NCBI GenBank assembly: GCA_047284725.1
Contig: JBJBEO010000001.1
Span: 1,656,203-1,720,202 of the forward strand
Reading direction: 5' to 3'
Length of the DNA stretch: 64,000 nucleotides
Origin: Synechococcus sp.
GTDB lineage: Bacteria > Cyanobacteriota > Cyanobacteriia > PCC-6307 > Cyanobiaceae
Positions 60,864 to 64,000 of the stretch are shown here, in pieces. The notes beneath the pieces are model-generated. The model had not been told where the DNA came from and did no database searches. It worked only from the letters and a program-made list of their open reading frames with translations. The position numbers and the translations under genes were made by a program. Every line of letters begins with the position of its first letter. Positions within the stretch are counted from its first letter, which is position 1.

Positions 60864-61316
60864 ATGCGCTCGCTGGTGATCGCTTGGCTGATCCACGGCG
60901 CTCTGCTGCTCAGCCACCCCGCTCCGGCCTGGGCCCAACCGTCCATCACGCTGATGCGCTCGCCCAGCTGCGACTGCTGCAGCCGATGGGGGGAGCAGAC
61001 CGCCGCCGCTGGTTTCGCGGTCAAGGACGTTGTCACCGAGGCGATCGATCAGGTCAAACTCCAGAACGGCATCCCCGAAGCGCTGTCGTCGTGCCACACC
61101 GCCTTGGTGGAGGGCTATGTGATCGAGGGCCATGTACCCGCTCCATCCATCCAGCGGTTGCTGAAGGAACGGCCCGACATCCAAGGGCTGACGGCCCCAG
61201 GCATGCCGATGGGGTCACCTGGGATGGATGGTCCGGGGATCATCCCTGAACCCTTCGACGTGCTGGCCATCACCAGCGATGGCAGCACCCATGTGTTCGA
61301 CCGTTACAGCTCCTGA
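60864..61316 (+). CDS. DUF411 (CopG-like) periplasmic metal-binding protein
   Basis: Signal peptide, SPSCDCC..W, SCHTA, IEGHVP, PGMPMGSPGM. Confidence 0.9.
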   Translation: MRSLVIAWLIHGALLLSHPAPAWAQPSITLMRSPSCDCCSRWGEQTAAAGFAVKDVVTEAIDQVKLQNGIPEALSSCHTALVEGYVIEGHVPAPSIQRLLKERPDIQGLTAPGMPMGSPGMDGPGIIPEPFDVLAITSDGSTHVFDRYSS

Positions 61317-61480
61317 CGCCCGGGCGTCCGGTCATCACGAACACAGGCATCCCCCTCACAACGCACCTCACACTGCGGCTGCTGACCGTGGTATTGGCTG
61401 GGTTCCCGCATCGCCCAGTATTCGTCGACAACCCCGAGGATGTAGGTCCCCAGGCGACGCATCAGCGTTTTCAATCCCAT
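61304..61480 (-). CDS. 58-aa hypothetical protein with three Cys
   Basis: MGLKTLMRRLGTYILGVVDEYWAMREP...CEVRCEGDAC; the 3' end of the long shadow ORF 61304..62863. Confidence 0.55.
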   Translation of the reverse strand: MGLKTLMRRLGTYILGVVDEYWAMREPSQYHGQQPQCEVRCEGDACVRDDRTPGRQEL

Positions 61481-61528
61481 GGCTTCAGCCTGCCCAGCGC
61501 TCTCTCCAGTGTGGCGACCGATTGAGCG

Positions 61529-62650
61529 ATGACACTGCAACACCTGGCGGTGAGTGGCTACCGCTCTCTCCAGAGCGTGGTGCTGCCCCTGAGGCAACTG
61601 ACGCTGATCACCGGGGCGAACGGCAGTGGCAAGTCGAATCTGTTTCGTTCGCTCCATCTGATCGTGGCCGCCGCCCGGGGAGACCTGGTGGCAGCGCTGG
61701 CCCGGGAAGGGGGATTGCCCGCCGTGCTCTGGGCAGGTCCGGAACGGCTCAGCCGCGGCATGCGCAGCGGAGAACAACCCGTCCAGGGTGGTCCGCGCCA
61801 GCAACCGGTGCGCCTGCGGCTTGGCTTTCACGCCGAGCCTTTTTCCTATGCCCTCGAACTGGGCTATCCGCAGGAGCGCGACACCGCCTTCGCCCTCGAC
61901 CCGGCCTTCAAAGGCGAGTGGATCTGGGCAGGAGGTGCCTTTCACCCCCGTTCCGTGCTGACGACGTGGACAGGCGGCAGTAGTGACACCGCCGACTGCA
62001 GCGTGTTCCAGGGGGGACTCGACCCGATGGAACACCCCGAGGTGCTGGCCCTGCGGGAACAGATCCTGAGCTGGCGGTTTTACGACAGCTTCCGCACCGA
62101 TGCCGAGGCACCGGCGAGACAGGCCGTGGTGGGAACCCGCTGCTTTGCCCTGGCCGGCGATGGCCATGACCTTCCTGCAGCGGTGCAGACGATCCTGGAG
62201 CAAGGCGATGGCCAGGGCCTGCAACAGGCGGTGGCCGATGCCTTCCCTGACAGCCATCTGAGCGTGAGCAGCGAGGGGGGCCTGTTTCGCCTGCGCCTGC
62301 ATCAGCCCGGCCTGCTGCGACCGCTGGAAACGAGCGAACTGTCCGATGGCACCCTGCGCTATCTGCTGCTGGCGGTGGCGTTGTTCAGTCCACGCCTCCC
62401 TCCCCTGCTGGTGCTGAACGAACCGGAGGGAAGCCTGCATCCCGAACTGCTGGAGCCGCTGGGGCGGTTGATCCGCGCAGCCGCAAGCCGCACACAGGTG
62501 TGGGTGATCGCCCATGCCCCCGCCCTGATCAACGCCCTGCGGAGCGATCCGACCTGCCATCACGTGCAGCTGCAACGGGAGCTGGGCGCGACGGTCGTGC
62601 AGGGGCAGACCAGCCTGGAACGCAGTGCCTGGCGCTGGCCGGCCCGCTAA
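61529..62650 (+). CDS. ABC/SMC-type (RecF-like) ATPase
   Basis: GYRSL, GANGSGKS, LSDGT, LVLNEPE.SLHP, IAH. Confidence 0.88.
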   Translation: MTLQHLAVSGYRSLQSVVLPLRQLTLITGANGSGKSNLFRSLHLIVAAARGDLVAALAREGGLPAVLWAGPERLSRGMRSGEQPVQGGPRQQPVRLRLGFHAEPFSYALELGYPQERDTAFALDPAFKGEWIWAGGAFHPRSVLTTWTGGSSDTADCSVFQGGLDPMEHPEVLALREQILSWRFYDSFRTDAEAPARQAVVGTRCFALAGDGHDLPAAVQTILEQGDGQGLQQAVADAFPDSHLSVSSEGGLFRLRLHQPGLLRPLETSELSDGTLRYLLLAVALFSPRLPPLLVLNEPEGSLHPELLEPLGRLIRAAASRTQVWVIAHAPALINALRSDPTCHHVQLQRELGATVVQGQTSLERSAWRWPAR

Positions 62651-62713
62651 GGCACACCGAGCCCACGCCTGCGATCGGCAATCGTTAACTTTTGATAAGC
62701 AACGCTGAACCCT

Positions 62714-63205
62714 GTGCTTCGCACTGTTCTCACCCGGCCCTTCCTGGTCAACGCCGGCCTTCTGATCCTGCGGGTCTTCACCGGCACTCTTCTGATTCAC
62801 CACGGCTACGAGAAGCTGGCCAACATCGAAAACTTCGCGGCGGCCTTTGTGCGTCCGCTTCACCTGCCTTTCCCGATCACCCTCTCCTACCTGGCGGCGT
62901 TCTCAGAAATCGTGGGCAGCTGGTTGCTGATCACGGGACTGTTCACCCGACTGGGCGCAGCCGCCATTGCCGGCACCATCGGCGTGGCGATTTATCACGC
63001 CATTGCCGTGAATGGCTTCAACATCTACCTGCTTGAACTGCTGGGGCTTTATTTCGGCGCTGCCGTGATGGTGCTGACGGCCGGCCCTGGCCTGTTTTCA
63101 ATCGATGAGCTGATCGTGCGCAAGGTCGCACCTGGTGCGCGGGAGCAGGCCGAAAAACTCGAAGCCATCCTCAACAACGCGGCAACACCGGAATACCAGA
63201 ACTGA
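62714..63205 (+). CDS. DoxX family membrane protein
   Basis: LILRVFTG..HGYEKL, EIVG...GLFTR, GPGLFSID. Confidence 0.9.
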   Translation: MLRTVLTRPFLVNAGLLILRVFTGTLLIHHGYEKLANIENFAAAFVRPLHLPFPITLSYLAAFSEIVGSWLLITGLFTRLGAAAIAGTIGVAIYHAIAVNGFNIYLLELLGLYFGAAVMVLTAGPGLFSIDELIVRKVAPGAREQAEKLEAILNNAATPEYQN

Positions 63206-63222
63206 CGTCAGTCTGATCAACC

Positions 63223-63253
63223 ATCAAGGGGGCCTGCCCACCCCCCCCTTGAT
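63223..63253. terminator. Hairpin between convergent genes (possible terminator)
   Basis: ATCAAGGGGG / CCCCCTTGAT 10-bp stem; no clear U-tract. Confidence 0.5.
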
Positions 63254-63277
63254 CACCTCCCCCAGCCAGCCCTTTCA

Positions 63278-63499
63278 TCAGCTGACAGCAACGTGGGCCG
63301 GAGATCGGTCGCTGGTCCCTGCACGATGCGACTTCCTTCCCCAATACGACAGATGGGCTCGAGCGGTCGCCATGTCATTGCAATACACGCACCGCTCACC
63401 GGCGCAGACCCGATACACGAGGCCATCATCGCCAAGAAAAACGTGGACAGTACCACCATCGTCAGTGGTGATCAGACGGGAAGAAAGTAAAGACATCAT
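63278..63499 (-). CDS. Cys-rich microprotein, paralog B
   Basis: GAGG upstream of the ATG; YRVCAGERCVYCND motif matches 57321-57530. Confidence 0.7.
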   Translation of the reverse strand: MMSLLSSRLITTDDGGTVHVFLGDDGLVYRVCAGERCVYCNDMATARAHLSYWGRKSHRAGTSDRSPAHVAVS

Positions 63500-64000
63500 C
63501 ACCTCATCTGAGGACACAAAGAGACTACAAATGGATCCCAATTGCGACAAGGCAACGATTGCATCACATAAAGCACCTACGCACAAACGCTCAGCCCTGG
63601 AAGCCCACCAAAGCAGCATCCACTGACAACCAGACTGCGTGTTCAATCAAGTAAGCATTCGGCCATCAACTGCGCAGTGAGCGAAGGCCATCGAGCGACG
63701 ATTCAGTGCAGCAGCGAAGGGCCATCTGCCTGCTCCCTTGCGATGCAAACAGATGCGAAAGTCCTCATCGGTGGGGAGCACCATTCCGTGCACCGATCAG
63801 CCATTCAGAGAACCAATTGAGAGACCTCACTCAGAGCAGACGTTCAGAACACACCAGCGTTCACCAGCAGGTGACTTTTTCACCCTCGTGCAGAAACGAT
63901 TGCATGAACTGTGTGAACACTGAGAGCTGTTGGTGAACTCACTGACGACCGCCAACCCTGCCGAGGATGCGTCGCCTTCGCCGATCAGCTTCAGGCACAT

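Noticed and set aside
61481..62863. 519-aa minus-strand ORF
   Set aside because: Shadow of the ATPase and doxX; only the last 58 codons look like a real gene.
1..64000. CRISPR array, tRNA/rRNA, IS elements, HIP1 enrichment
   Set aside because: No regularly spaced repeats, RNA-gene signatures or transposase motifs seen by eye. GCGATCGC occurs a few times (e.g. near 18988, 19437, 36228, 50357), but enrichment cannot be judged without counting.

Overview
High-GC chromosomal segment of a marine picocyanobacterium, most likely Synechococcus (inferred from gene content and gene order). About 1-52 kb is a densely packed housekeeping backbone. It holds the alkane cluster ado-aar-accA-SDR-folE, then ilvB, hemH, a tyrosine recombinase-methyltransferase-cobO unit, pyrH-frr, a photolyase/cryptochrome, tal, ftsI, lepB, proS, psb27, purA, cobK, ssb, argB, priA, rpoD, hemC and two ppa genes. 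About 52-64 kb is accessory-looking: many very short ORFs (several below the 60-aa ORF-track cutoff) around a DUF427 gene, YbjQ, MIF, a secreted HExxH peptidase, a Coa1-like gene, sodC, DUF411/CopG-like, an ABC-type ATPase and DoxX. The best leads are (i) a translationally coupled run of Cys-rich microproteins, one of which has a clear second paralog 6 kb away, near copper/oxidative-stress genes, and (ii) a consensus cyanobacterial LexA box touching the start codon of a DUF3104 gene that heads a two-gene unit. I saw no tRNA, rRNA, CRISPR array or IS element. All family calls come from motif recognition by eye; no database search was run.
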